Of a stretch of 64,000 nucleotides of DNA, positions 1-10,879 are shown piece after piece. The first letter of the stretch is position 1; each line of letters starts with the position of its first letter. The notes beneath the pieces are model-generated. The model was not told where the DNA came from and did not search any database. It was given only the letters and a program-made list of their open reading frames with translations. Origin of the DNA: a virus; the IMG/VR virus record IMGVR_UViG_3300044527_000952, positions 1-64,000 of that record; one strand, given 5' to 3'. A program made the translations under genes and the position numbers.

Positions 1-1
1 T

Positions 2-310
2 ACAGTAAGCAACTTTAATGTTTATTACATGCCTGAATATGCGGCATGGGCAGCAAGTAAAAATTTATTTGTGCATTATAATATATTGCATACTAGTGAA
101 AAATACTGTATACGTAATTTACCAACAATAGTTAAGGCACAACTTGTAGAACGATTAGTAGATTTTCCGATCATAGCAAATTTTGTTATGCTCCCACAGC
201 AAGAAGGTCATTGGAAAAAGTTTTTGGATGAACTTGAAATATTAGATAATTATCGTGGTCAAAGCTTTGTTGATACGTTCCCAAAATGGAGTGAGGTACT
301 AGGACTATAA
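2..310 (+). CDS. C-terminal part of a radical SAM/twitch-family protein (runs off window start)
   Basis: Frame open from position 2. Ends in the LDxxRxxxFxxxFP motif shared by the downstream radical SAM paralogues. Confidence 0.7.
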   Translation, partial: TVSNFNVYYMPEYAAWAASKNLFVHYNILHTSEKYCIRNLPTIVKAQLVERLVDFPIIANFVMLPQQEGHWKKFLDELEILDNYRGQSFVDTFPKWSEVLGL

Positions 311-323
311 CTAAATAAAACTT

Positions 324-1739
324 ATGAATAAAGTCATTGAAATAAAACGTGAGGGCGATCTAAAAAATACAGTGTGTCAATTTGCATGGGATTATAGTGT
401 ATTAAATATCTCACGTAACGAATTACGTAATTGTTGTCGTTCACGAAGTCATAAAATACTACCTGAGGATTGGCGATTAGAGCGTGGACTATTTACGCAC
501 TTCCCACCTATTGTTAATGTGCGTAAAGATATGTTACGTGGTATACGCAATGAAGCATGTGGCGTATGTTGGGATATTGAAGATAGTGGTGCAAAAAGTG
601 CTAGAACAAGTTGGGATAGATTTGTCAACTTCATACAATCTAAAAAACTGTGGCCTACTTTATCACGTGATGAACTAAAAGAAAAGTTACAAAGTTTGAA
701 TGATAATGAAATAGAAATGCTAAGTCGTTTACCTCATACTAATATGATTGAAATTAGTTTAGGTAATATATGCGATTTAAAATGTTTATATTGTCATCAC
801 CATTATAGCTCACAATGGGCAGCAGAAGTTCTTAAATATGGTGAAATCAAGCCTGAAGAAATGGAAGCAGAACTTCCTAAAATTAAAGATACGATATATG
901 AAACATATTGGTGGGATTGGTTTGAAAACGAAAGTGGTTGGAACACTTATTGTATTAACTTTATTGGTGGTGAACCATTAATTATTGAAAAATTTTATAG
1001 CTATGCGGATAGAATATGTCAGTTTTATGAAGACCATAAGACTGAACAGAAGAATATAGATTTTAGTATTGTTACTAATTTCAACACACCTAAAAAGTTT
1101 TATGATCGCTTTTTAGATACAACGATGCGTATTGTTGCGGTGGAACAATTTACATTGGACTTTAACGTAAGCTGTGAAAGTATTGGCAAACGTGCAGAAT
1201 ATATTCGTACGGGCACTGATTGGGAAGTCATGACAGAAAATATAGAACATTATATTGAGTTTATTAATTTGATTGATCCTGAACAAAAGCGTATTATTTT
1301 TAATCTTCAAGTAGCGTTGAATGCATTGTGTATTTCAGATTTACCAAACTTTATGCGTTGGATCATTGATTTACAAGAGCGCACTAATAGAAAAATACAT
1401 TTACGTCAAAACCAAGTTAGTCATCCACATTGGCTAAGTCCATATATTTTACCCACTGAGTATTCAAAATATGTACAAGAAGCTATTGATATTATGGCAG
1501 AATCATTAAAAACATCTAAAGTTTCAGCAGGTACTTATAATTTATTTGGTCGATGGGATCATTATATGAGTTTCTTACAAACAGTAAAACGTGGGTTAGA
1601 AAATCCTGAAAAAAATACTAAAGCAAGAATAGAGTTTGCTGAGAATGTTGAAAAAATGCGTCAAAGACGTAATTTAAACTTTGAAGCTACATTCCCTGAA
1701 ATGATTCCATTTTTAATTGAGTGTAAAAAATTATCATGA
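324..1739 (+). CDS. Radical SAM protein with N-terminal twitch/SPASM-like Cys cluster
   Basis: CDLKCLYC (CxxxCxxC), GGEP, N-terminal C..CC..CxxCW, C-terminal RRxxxFxxxFPE. Confidence 0.9.
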   Translation: MNKVIEIKREGDLKNTVCQFAWDYSVLNISRNELRNCCRSRSHKILPEDWRLERGLFTHFPPIVNVRKDMLRGIRNEACGVCWDIEDSGAKSARTSWDRFVNFIQSKKLWPTLSRDELKEKLQSLNDNEIEMLSRLPHTNMIEISLGNICDLKCLYCHHHYSSQWAAEVLKYGEIKPEEMEAELPKIKDTIYETYWWDWFENESGWNTYCINFIGGEPLIIEKFYSYADRICQFYEDHKTEQKNIDFSIVTNFNTPKKFYDRFLDTTMRIVAVEQFTLDFNVSCESIGKRAEYIRTGTDWEVMTENIEHYIEFINLIDPEQKRIIFNLQVALNALCISDLPNFMRWIIDLQERTNRKIHLRQNQVSHPHWLSPYILPTEYSKYVQEAIDIMAESLKTSKVSAGTYNLFGRWDHYMSFLQTVKRGLENPEKNTKARIEFAENVEKMRQRRNLNFEATFPEMIPFLIECKKLS

Positions 1740-3082
1740 ATTGGGATGAATATAAACGAGCAATAGCAGAAAATAGATTATTTGAATACATTGATCATGA
1801 ATATCAATGGGGGTTATCTAAGACTGAAGATTGGGAATCTTCTATACCAAGTAACTTTTGTGTTGCACCTTTTGTTAATATGACAATTACATCAGAAGGA
1901 ACTAACCGTCCATGCTGTAAATATGACGCATTTAAATCAGATGATTCTACCGAAACGGTAGCCAATACATCATTGATTAAATTATATAACAGTGATGAAA
2001 TTGAATCGCTTCGTGAGCAATTCATGAAAAACGAAAAACCCGACAAATGCAAAGTATGTTGGCTTGAGGAAGATAATAATATTAAAAGTTTAAGACAGTT
2101 ATATAATCATAATTGGATAAACAAACCATCATGGGGAAAACCACCTGAACCCAAGAAAGTAAATTTTGCTCAAGCATTTTACGGACAGCCAACTAATTTA
2201 GATTTAAAGTTGAGTAATTTATGTAATTTACGATGTAGAATTTGTGGTCCATGGTCAAGCACACAATGGATTAAGGATTATAACAACTTAGGTTGGGCAG
2301 ACAAACGTGCAATTAAAGTATGGACTGAAAATGCAAAAGAAAAACTATTAGTCAGTGATGAAAATAAACAAATATTAATGACTTGGGCTGAACGATTGTT
2401 ACGTATAGAGTTTTTTGGTGGTGAACCTATGATGCAACAAGAACACCATGACGTATTAGATTTGATGATAAATTCAGGTTCAAGTGAAAAACAAGCATTA
2501 TGCTATAACACCAATGGTACTATCTTTAGTCAAGATATCGTTGAAAAATGGCTTAATTTTGATTTTATTGTGGTAAATTTTAGTATTGATGATATCGGTC
2601 AACGTTTTGAATATCAAAGAAAAAACGCTGTATATCATGAAGTATTAAGTAATTTAGAAAATTATAAATTACTTTCATCACTATATAATTTTAAACATAA
2701 ATTTTTCATTTATATCACTGTAAGTATTTACAACGTTTTTTACCTTAAAGAAATTATTGAAGAACTTAGTTATTTGGAATTTCCTTTTATCTTAAATATA
2801 TTGCATCACCCACAAGATTTATCGATACTAAATATTCCAACTACTATAAAAAAAATAATAACAGAAAAACTTGCAGATGTTAGCAATGTAAACTATCACA
2901 CTCAAACCATTAAAGTAAATGATATTGTTGAATTTATGAATAGTAAAGAGTATGATGAAAAAGAATGGGTTAAATTTTGCAATTATAATACTAAAGTTGA
3001 TGGGTTAAGAGATGAAAAATTTAAAAACATATTTCCTGAATTTTATGAATTAATATTAGATGAAATACCAAGAATTTTATGA
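1736..3082 (+). CDS. Radical SAM/twitch-domain protein
   Basis: CVAPF..RPCC..CKVCW, CNLRCRIC, GGEP, YNTNGT. Confidence 0.9.
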   Translation: MNWDEYKRAIAENRLFEYIDHEYQWGLSKTEDWESSIPSNFCVAPFVNMTITSEGTNRPCCKYDAFKSDDSTETVANTSLIKLYNSDEIESLREQFMKNEKPDKCKVCWLEEDNNIKSLRQLYNHNWINKPSWGKPPEPKKVNFAQAFYGQPTNLDLKLSNLCNLRCRICGPWSSTQWIKDYNNLGWADKRAIKVWTENAKEKLLVSDENKQILMTWAERLLRIEFFGGEPMMQQEHHDVLDLMINSGSSEKQALCYNTNGTIFSQDIVEKWLNFDFIVVNFSIDDIGQRFEYQRKNAVYHEVLSNLENYKLLSSLYNFKHKFFIYITVSIYNVFYLKEIIEELSYLEFPFILNILHHPQDLSILNIPTTIKKIITEKLADVSNVNYHTQTIKVNDIVEFMNSKEYDEKEWVKFCNYNTKVDGLRDEKFKNIFPEFYELILDEIPRIL

Positions 3083-4257
3083 AAGTATTATGTAGCGCAC
3101 CATTTAATAGTTTAACTATTAATCCCAATAAAAGTGTAAACCCATGTTGTGCATGGGATTATAAAAAATCTGTTGGAAATCTAAACTTACAATCAATACA
3201 AGAAATTAGATCTAGTCCGTTGATGAAGGAAGTCAAGCAACACATGCTTGATGGTGTATGGCATGCAAGTTGCCGACATTGTAAACATCGTGAAAACGAA
3301 ACTAACACTAGTGTTCGATTAAATGTTTATAATAAAATACCTTATGATGAAACAGAAAAGATATTATATCTTGAATACAGTAGTACAAATACTTGTAATT
3401 TGGCGTGCTCAATGTGTGACGAAGATTGGAGTAGTACGTGGGTAGAACTATCTAATAAACATGGTTGGAACAATGATGGAAAGTATAAAATAGAACCTAT
3501 AAACCGTGATGTTGCACAGAAGTTGTTAGATAATATTGATTTATCAAATTTAATGACACTTTGGTTAAAGGGTGGTGAGCCATTCTTAAACAAAGAAAAT
3601 ATATTAGTATTAGAAAAATTAAAAGATATTGGTCAATTACCTAATGTTAATATTATGGTCACTACAAATTGTACTGTTATTAATGAGCCTATTTTAGAAC
3701 TATTAGAATTAGCTAAACAAGTTACGTTTGTTTGTAGTATTGATGCAGTAGGTATACTAAATGAATGGATTAGATTTGCTCCAAATACACAATTTAAAAG
3801 TAATACTGATAATATTACAAAAACATTGAAGCGTTTTTCATCTTTAAAGAATTTAAGCCATTTAACATTAAGTTGTGCAGTATCTGTTTTTAATATATTC
3901 AACTTACATGATCTAAGATTATGGTGGGAAAATGAAATTGTGCCTTTGTTTGCACATAAACTTAAAGAGGTAGGACCTAAAAAGGTTAGATTTGTTCATT
4001 TTGTTGTTGGTCCTGAAAATCAATCAGCAAGAGTTCTTACTCAACAGACATTAAATAATTTGATAGACTATTATACAAATTTGCATGTGAATCATAATCA
4101 TCACTATGAAACTGTCATTGAATATTTGAAAAAAGGTTACCTTGGAAATAAAATTCATAATTCATGGGTAAGTAGAACCGAGATATTAAATAAACTTAGA
4201 CCTTATAGAATAGAGGATATTGTCCCACAATTAGTGGATGAACTAATTACTAAGTAA
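3079..4257 (+). CDS. Radical SAM/SPASM-domain protein
   Basis: CSAPF..NPCC..CRHC, CNLACSMC, GGEP, TTN. Confidence 0.9.
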   Translation: MKVLCSAPFNSLTINPNKSVNPCCAWDYKKSVGNLNLQSIQEIRSSPLMKEVKQHMLDGVWHASCRHCKHRENETNTSVRLNVYNKIPYDETEKILYLEYSSTNTCNLACSMCDEDWSSTWVELSNKHGWNNDGKYKIEPINRDVAQKLLDNIDLSNLMTLWLKGGEPFLNKENILVLEKLKDIGQLPNVNIMVTTNCTVINEPILELLELAKQVTFVCSIDAVGILNEWIRFAPNTQFKSNTDNITKTLKRFSSLKNLSHLTLSCAVSVFNIFNLHDLRLWWENEIVPLFAHKLKEVGPKKVRFVHFVVGPENQSARVLTQQTLNNLIDYYTNLHVNHNHHYETVIEYLKKGYLGNKIHNSWVSRTEILNKLRPYRIEDIVPQLVDELITK

Positions 4258-5605
4258 TCCATTCACTAAATTGCGGAAATGTTTTCAAAAAATTTGTATT
4301 TCTGCGATTATCTAATTCTTCAAAAAATATGGCAACTTCTTCACCCATATCTTTAGTTTCATTTATTGAACGATTGACTAATATAGCATCACGTGTTTGT
4401 ACTAAAAAATCTCTAAATACTACCCAATTATTATAAGGTTTAACTTTTTTATATCGTTCATCATTAAGTAGTTCGTTAAAGGTGTTAATGGGTGCATCAA
4501 GATATTGGGCAAACTCTTTTGGTGCATTCATTGGGCTTTGTTCTTTAGGCCAAGTAACAATGTTTCTATGAATATGAATAGGGTAATAAGTTTCAACACA
4601 ATGTTTAAAATAATCAGTATACTTATATAATGATGGTAACCCAACTAAGTTAATACATGGCATAAAATCTATAGATACTAAATCTTGTAATGACAATAAT
4701 TTTTCTAGATTATTTTTAAATCGGTTCCACTTTACACCATATCGTATGTACTCAAGTTCCTCTCCAATATTTTCACCACTTACTTGTATGATGACATTAA
4801 AATGTTCATTAAGTTTTGGTAGATAAGCTAAAAACTTTTTGAAATATGCCTCAGGTGTGTTCATATTAGTAGTAATACATAACTCGATCTTACTAATACC
4901 ATCACCATTTAATAAGTTTTCTACAGGTTGTAATCTTGGGTTTTTATTATGTATCTCGATAAGTTTATCAAAGCATTCATAAATTAAATCAGTAATAAGT
5001 GGCTCACCACCGATAAAACCAAACCGTATCAATTGTTTCATACCAACATCTGTGTACCATTGCCAAAACAATTCTTCTACTCTAGGGTCACGTGAACCAA
5101 TTTGACTACTTTCACGTGTCATTGCAATATTAAATTTTTTCTTTTCAGCATACCATTGTGTGCTATAATGTTCACTACAATAGGTACACTTAGCATCACA
5201 TGTATTATTAAGTACAATTTCTATAATATTAGCATAAGAACTTAGTTCTAAAGATGCATTAGTCAGTAATTCGTTTTTTGATTGTGGTTTATGACCTGTG
5301 TTACGATGCATGTATTCTTCAAATTTAATATCATTACGTGCACTTTTAAATCCTTTATTCTCTAAACTCCAACATGTATTACAATCACTGTGTTGATGAT
5401 TACGTAATAAACTATTCCTACGTTCAATATGTTCAGGCAGATTAGAAAACAAATCACTACCAAAAGATTGATATATTTCAGGAGTAATTTTTGTTCGCTC
5501 TGTTCTACAACAATATGTAAAACTAGGCTCACTCATATAGAATAGCAAGTAATCCCAAGCATAATTACACAATGTGTTAGGACGGTCGGGATAAATTGGT
5601 ATCAT
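4250..5605 (-). CDS. Radical SAM/twitch protein, closest in-window paralogue of 324..1739
   Basis: CNYAWDY..YCCR..CNTCW..KSAR, CDAKCTYC, GGEP. Confidence 0.9.
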   Translation of the reverse strand: MIPIYPDRPNTLCNYAWDYLLFYMSEPSFTYCCRTERTKITPEIYQSFGSDLFSNLPEHIERRNSLLRNHQHSDCNTCWSLENKGFKSARNDIKFEEYMHRNTGHKPQSKNELLTNASLELSSYANIIEIVLNNTCDAKCTYCSEHYSTQWYAEKKKFNIAMTRESSQIGSRDPRVEELFWQWYTDVGMKQLIRFGFIGGEPLITDLIYECFDKLIEIHNKNPRLQPVENLLNGDGISKIELCITTNMNTPEAYFKKFLAYLPKLNEHFNVIIQVSGENIGEELEYIRYGVKWNRFKNNLEKLLSLQDLVSIDFMPCINLVGLPSLYKYTDYFKHCVETYYPIHIHRNIVTWPKEQSPMNAPKEFAQYLDAPINTFNELLNDERYKKVKPYNNWVVFRDFLVQTRDAILVNRSINETKDMGEEVAIFFEELDNRRNTNFLKTFPQFSEWIT

Positions 5606-6657
5606 TTACGATCACCAAACAAAACATAATGTTCAGGTGCATATCCTTCCATAATTTCTGCACCACTATCATCTTCGGGTTTGGCAAACTTATTTTGCAT
5701 ACCTCCACGAATTGGTACAAATGCCCATGTACATAACTCAGTAAAATGTGGTATGCGTTTTAATTCTTCTTCTAGTGATAAAGATTCTTCAACATATTGT
5801 GGTGGCATCATAAATTTTACTTCAAGATGACCTACATTAAAGTTATTAGCTTTATACTTTTCATCTGTTACAGCTTCTACAACTTTAACAAATCTTGCTC
5901 GATCATAAAACTCAAAATGCACTGATAAGTTTAAATCACCATAATGTATAACCTCACGGTAATAGTCAGGCTTACGTGAACCATTACTGTGTAAGCTAAC
6001 ATGATGACCAAATGCGTTTAAATATCGTAACCAATCTAGAAAATCTTTATTAACCGTAGGCTCACCCCCACTAATAATAAAGTTAACACTATCACCATGC
6101 ATAAACTTTTCTTCAAGTAAGTTAGTTGCTTTAATTAAATCTTCTAATGGCTTATGTGGATCAGTATTGTTATGTATCCAAGGCCAACAATAAGAACAAT
6201 CGTAATTACATCGTCTGCCAATTTCCCAATAAATTTGTTTTTGGTTACTAGCATGTGTACGTTCCATAGCTACAAAGTTTGTAAGTTCAGGATTATTTCT
6301 ATCCATCAAGGTGTCTAATTCTTGACTTTGACGCAATAGTATGATTTTCTTTTCATCGGCTGCTTTAGGGATGAATAAATCTGCACCACATGAACAAACA
6401 TTTTTAGTACAATCAATCCATTTATTGGGTACTTCAAATGTATCCCATACACTGCCTAAGCGTCCACCAACACGGCAACTTGCAGTCCATACATATCCAT
6501 CCATATCAATGAATAAGCTATCGACACCTGCCCCGCATTTCCATCCTTGTAAGTAATTTAATTTTGCACCAACGAGTTCATCAGTGCTCCAATCTCGCCA
6601 ATTACCGTTGTCATCATAGGTACGAATTGGTTTACCTGCTGTTTTATGTAATCCCAT
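5602..6657 (-). CDS. Radical SAM protein with N-terminal Cys-rich domain
   Basis: CNYDCSYC, SGGEPT, N-terminal C..C..CTKNVCSC. Confidence 0.88.
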   Translation of the reverse strand: MGLHKTAGKPIRTYDDNGNWRDWSTDELVGAKLNYLQGWKCGAGVDSLFIDMDGYVWTASCRVGGRLGSVWDTFEVPNKWIDCTKNVCSCGADLFIPKAADEKKIILLRQSQELDTLMDRNNPELTNFVAMERTHASNQKQIYWEIGRRCNYDCSYCWPWIHNNTDPHKPLEDLIKATNLLEEKFMHGDSVNFIISGGEPTVNKDFLDWLRYLNAFGHHVSLHSNGSRKPDYYREVIHYGDLNLSVHFEFYDRARFVKVVEAVTDEKYKANNFNVGHLEVKFMMPPQYVEESLSLEEELKRIPHFTELCTWAFVPIRGGMQNKFAKPEDDSGAEIMEGYAPEHYVLFGDRK

Positions 6658-6665
6658 AGTAAAGA

Positions 6666-6697
6666 TATTTATTGAGTTAATTTATGATTATTAAATA
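6666..6697. promoter_or_regulatory. Divergent pair of TAAATA late-type promoters
   Basis: tattta at 6666-6671 (minus strand, 8 nt from ATG 6657) and taaata at 6692-6697 (5 nt from ATG 6703). Confidence 0.6.
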
Positions 6698-6702
6698 ATG
6701 TC

Positions 6703-9700
6703 ATGTATATTGAGCAAGAAGAACTAGATCGTAGAGAAGAATTATGGGAACAAGGTTATTGGGAAGTTCCTGAAGGTTTGGACACCACAGATTTTAATTT
6801 TAATTGGCGACCTGATCGCTTTGATCGTCCTTACATACACATATTTGGTACACAATGGCAACGTAGTGGTGGTCCACGATTCATTGTTCCAAATAATGAA
6901 GGTTATAAATTTCAATCAAACCAAATAGCAAAGAAATTGCCTAATATGAATAATTGGGTAATTAATAAAAAATATACAATTGAGTTTGATTATAGTTGGC
7001 ATCCTGATGACTTTGAACCACCTTATATTTGGACATTTGGTAATCAATATGTAAACGCATATGAAATGCCTACCGTTGAATATGTTGTAGAAGGTGCAAA
7101 AGAACGAAAATATATTACGGATATTATTGCAACATTAGTTAGTCGAGAAGATAATTGGAAAATATTGCACAATGTTCGAATTAATAAAGAAACGTTAAAG
7201 TGGTATCCTCATCCATATGAACCACCATATATTTATGTGTGGGGTAATCAATATTTAACGGCTGAAGAAATGCCTACTGTTGAGTATCATCAACCCACTG
7301 CTACAGAAAGAAAATACATACATGATTATCAATTTAAATTGATAGGGGATTCAAATAATTGGGTTATACATGAGGATATTGAAGATTTTCAAATTGATCC
7401 TTTATGGACCCCGCACCCACATGATCCACCTTATATCTATGTTTGGGGTAATAAATGGGTTAGTGGTAATATAAAACCAACGGTTGAATACCGTGTGCCA
7501 AATGCAGTAGATTATAAGTTTATGGGTGATAATATTCAATTAAAACCTGCAACAAAATGGAAGCAATTATTACCTATTGATACCACGTCATTTGATTTAA
7601 CATGGCGACCTAATCCTACTGAACCACCATACATTTATACTTGGGGGCATAAGTATGCTCCTATTGAAATTGAACCTGCGTTAGAATATTACGTAGAAGG
7701 TGCAACTGAACGAAAATATATGGTCGATCAGGTAGTGAAACTATTACCTGATATGGAAAAATGGAAAGTATTACTTCCTATTAATAAAGATAAATTTGAT
7801 TTAAGTTGGCGACCTGATCCACGTGAACCTGCATTTATCTATGTATGGGGCCATAAATTCTGTGACCCATCTATTGAGCCTGTATTAGAATTTCATGTAG
7901 AAGGTGCCACCGAACGCAAATACATGTCGGAAATTGTTGAACTATTACCTGACATGAATAATTGGCAATTATTACTACCAATTAATAAAGATAAGTTTGA
8001 TTTTAGTTGGAGACCCGATCCTACATCTCCACCTTATATCTATGTTTGGGGGCATAAGTATTGTGATGTTACGTTAGATCCTGCGTTAGAGTATCACGTA
8101 GTAGGCGCAACTGAACGCAAATATATGTCAGAAATTGTTGATTTATTACCTGATATGAGTCATTGGAAAGTATTAATTGCAGGAGCAGAGTTTAATTATG
8201 ATTGGCGACCTGACCCACGAGAACCCGCACTTATCTATGTATGGGGTAATAAATGGAATGATGCAGCCACCGAACCAACAGTAGAATATCACGTAGAAGG
8301 TGCAACTGAACGTAAATATATGTATGATAGTATTGCACTTTTGCCACAAGATACATCAAATTGGACTGTGCATAATGATGAAGATCGTCAAACGTTTGAC
8401 TTTAGTTGGCGACCAAACCCACATAGCCCACCACAAATTTACCAATGGAGCGATGGTGGACCAACCTATACAGTACAAGGTGGTACAGAAATTGTACTCA
8501 TCATGCGTGATGAATCGTATACATTAAAGAAAACACCACAATACTATATACAAACTACATTGGAAGATTTGATTGCTGAACATTTACATGAAGAATTTTG
8601 GGCATTAAATCCTGACATTGACTATTCTAATTTTGATTTTAATTGGAAACCAAATAGCGAAAACTTTAGACACATCAATGTATTTGGTAATGAACAATCT
8701 AAGAACACACAAACATATTATGTCAATGGTGTGATGTATGAACGTGGTTATCGTGAATATAATTATATTGAAAGTAGTAGCAAGCTTGATACTAAATTAG
8801 ATATCTTTTTTATTGACAAAAGCAATGCTTCTAGTAAAGAGAATTTACAACAGTTACAAACAAGATATCCAAATATCCAAACAACAAGATATCTTACAAA
8901 TTGGGTAGATACTATCTCACGCTGTGTTAAAAAAGCAAAGACAAAATTTGTATGGATTGTAAGTAGTGAATTAGACTATACCGAGTTTCAATTTGATTTT
9001 TATCCTGCACCATGGCAGGAAAATATGATACATGTTTTTGGTACACAATGGAGTCATTGGGGTAATACTTATCTAATCAATACCGAATTATGGGAATCAC
9101 AAATTGGCAATATTAAGATTGTTGAACATCTAAAGAATATAAACCATGTTCGTTCTAGAACAGCTACAATTGTAGAAAATGTATATGATACATTGTTGAT
9201 TAAGTTTTTAGGCACAGATTCTATTAATGCAAAGTATACAATAGATTATCGTGGTAGTTATCTTAATACTATTGATACTTGGTTAGAGCAAAACCCAACC
9301 ATTAAAGATAAGAAAAATTACAGTGCATGGGTATGTACTGACATTGTTGATTATAGTAACTTTGATTTTACATACCAATGTGATCCATTTCAACGTGAAC
9401 AAATTCATGTTTTTGCAAGTGAATTACATGGTATGAAACAAAAGTTTGGTGATACATTTTTATTAAATGTCAGTGAATATCTCAAGCATAGAAAAACATT
9501 TGAAAAGATAGAAGATTACCCACAAAAAGTAAACTATATTACGCATTTATATTCAACAAGGGTGCAACATCCTATTGTTGAACACAATGATGATACACAT
9601 GTTCAAAAAGTATTAGAGACTGATTTTAATAATTTTCCGTATATAGAATTTAAGAACAATGATTCGGTTGATAATATTACAATGATTCCTAGTTTATGGG

Positions 9701-10542
9701 ATGAAAGTCATCGTACAATTATTGTAGGTAATAATTCATCAACAAACATTATCGTACCAAGTGTAGCCAAATCAATGATTAAAAAAGAGTTGTATGATTA
9801 CCCATACGTAGAAAAGATAGTTAAAGTTGTACATGGTAATGCATTAGATATAGTTTTTATTAGTAATGGTGAACCCAATGCAGAAGAACATTGGGAGCAT
9901 TTAAGCAAAGTTATTAGAGAAAACCGTAATGCAAAGAATAGATTGGTGCGAGTTGATGGAGTAAATGGTCGTGTTGCTGCTTATCATGCTGCAGCAAATG
10001 CTAGTCAAACATCTTGGTTTTTTGCAGTATTTGCCAAGTTGCGTGTTAATCCAACGTTTGATTGGAATTGGCAACCTGATCGTTTACAGCAACCCAAGCA
10101 TTATATTTTTACTGCAATTAATCCTATTAATCGTTTGAACTATGGACACCAAGCAATGATTGCGTATAATAAGCGTATTACTCTAGCCAATCATGGTATT
10201 GGTTTAGACTTTACTTTGGATAGTGAACATGAGGTTGTTAATATTAATAGTGGCATTGCTGTATACAATACAGACGCATGGACAACATGGCGAACCGCAT
10301 TCCGTGAAGCAGTCAAGTTACAAGATTTGGTCAGCAAAGGAACAGATTCAAACGCAGTAAAGCGTTTAGCACGTTGGTGTGGTGCAGGTATTGGAGAACA
10401 TGCGGAGTGGAGCCAACGTGGTGCTAACGATGGTGTAGCATATTACAATGAAGTTGGTGGTGATTTCAATCAGTTAAGATTGAGTTATGATTGGGCTTGG
10501 TTAAGAAATAGGTTTGATTTATTAAGCCATAATCCTAAATAA
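6703..10542 (+). CDS. 1279-aa protein: N-terminal Trp/Pro/Tyr-rich tandem repeats plus C-terminal degenerate GT-A glycosyltransferase-like modules
   Basis: Repeat FDxSWRPDPxEPxYIYVWGxK..PxLEYHVxGATERKYM. C-terminal DIVFISNGEPNA..RVDGVNG..AAYHAAA..WFFAVFAKL. Confidence 0.75.
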   Translation: MYIEQEELDRREELWEQGYWEVPEGLDTTDFNFNWRPDRFDRPYIHIFGTQWQRSGGPRFIVPNNEGYKFQSNQIAKKLPNMNNWVINKKYTIEFDYSWHPDDFEPPYIWTFGNQYVNAYEMPTVEYVVEGAKERKYITDIIATLVSREDNWKILHNVRINKETLKWYPHPYEPPYIYVWGNQYLTAEEMPTVEYHQPTATERKYIHDYQFKLIGDSNNWVIHEDIEDFQIDPLWTPHPHDPPYIYVWGNKWVSGNIKPTVEYRVPNAVDYKFMGDNIQLKPATKWKQLLPIDTTSFDLTWRPNPTEPPYIYTWGHKYAPIEIEPALEYYVEGATERKYMVDQVVKLLPDMEKWKVLLPINKDKFDLSWRPDPREPAFIYVWGHKFCDPSIEPVLEFHVEGATERKYMSEIVELLPDMNNWQLLLPINKDKFDFSWRPDPTSPPYIYVWGHKYCDVTLDPALEYHVVGATERKYMSEIVDLLPDMSHWKVLIAGAEFNYDWRPDPREPALIYVWGNKWNDAATEPTVEYHVEGATERKYMYDSIALLPQDTSNWTVHNDEDRQTFDFSWRPNPHSPPQIYQWSDGGPTYTVQGGTEIVLIMRDESYTLKKTPQYYIQTTLEDLIAEHLHEEFWALNPDIDYSNFDFNWKPNSENFRHINVFGNEQSKNTQTYYVNGVMYERGYREYNYIESSSKLDTKLDIFFIDKSNASSKENLQQLQTRYPNIQTTRYLTNWVDTISRCVKKAKTKFVWIVSSELDYTEFQFDFYPAPWQENMIHVFGTQWSHWGNTYLINTELWESQIGNIKIVEHLKNINHVRSRTATIVENVYDTLLIKFLGTDSINAKYTIDYRGSYLNTIDTWLEQNPTIKDKKNYSAWVCTDIVDYSNFDFTYQCDPFQREQIHVFASELHGMKQKFGDTFLLNVSEYLKHRKTFEKIEDYPQKVNYITHLYSTRVQHPIVEHNDDTHVQKVLETDFNNFPYIEFKNNDSVDNITMIPSLWDESHRTIIVGNNSSTNIIVPSVAKSMIKKELYDYPYVEKIVKVVHGNALDIVFISNGEPNAEEHWEHLSKVIRENRNAKNRLVRVDGVNGRVAAYHAAANASQTSWFFAVFAKLRVNPTFDWNWQPDRLQQPKHYIFTAINPINRLNYGHQAMIAYNKRITLANHGIGLDFTLDSEHEVVNINSGIAVYNTDAWTTWRTAFREAVKLQDLVSKGTDSNAVKRLARWCGAGIGEHAEWSQRGANDGVAYYNEVGGDFNQLRLSYDWAWLRNRFDLLSHNPK
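6790..8500 (+). repeat. About 8-9 imperfect intragenic repeats of roughly 200 nt (66-70 aa)
   Basis: Recurrent gtagaaggtgcaactgaacg.aaata, tggcgacctgat and tatgt.tgggg blocks. Confidence 0.85.
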
Positions 10543-10558
10543 TAGTAGGAGGTGTCCC

Positions 10559-10879
10559 ATGAAACATATTATAACAGGTTTATTAATTACATTTTTATCA
10601 ACTTTTTCTACGGTAGTATACTCACAACATAGACATGGGCACCATCCACATTTTCACCATCATCATCGTGCACCTGTTGTAGTTTATCGTAATCATTGGG
10701 TGGCACCTGCTGTGGTAGGTGGCTTAATTGTAGGCGCAGCAATTGCTCATGCTTCACAAACAAATGTTGTTTATGTAGAACAAACTCCTGTACAAAAAGT
10801 TACAGAATGTACAGAATGGCGTGAAGTATTGACAGTTGATGGAAACATTGTTAAAGAACGTACTTGTTATCAAAGGTAA
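10559..10879 (+). CDS. Secreted His-rich small protein
   Basis: Signal peptide, His-rich stretch, WVAPAVVGGLIVGAAIA hydrophobic segment, SD aggagg. Confidence 0.7.
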   Translation: MKHIITGLLITFLSTFSTVVYSQHRHGHHPHFHHHHRAPVVVYRNHWVAPAVVGGLIVGAAIAHASQTNVVYVEQTPVQKVTECTEWREVLTVDGNIVKERTCYQR

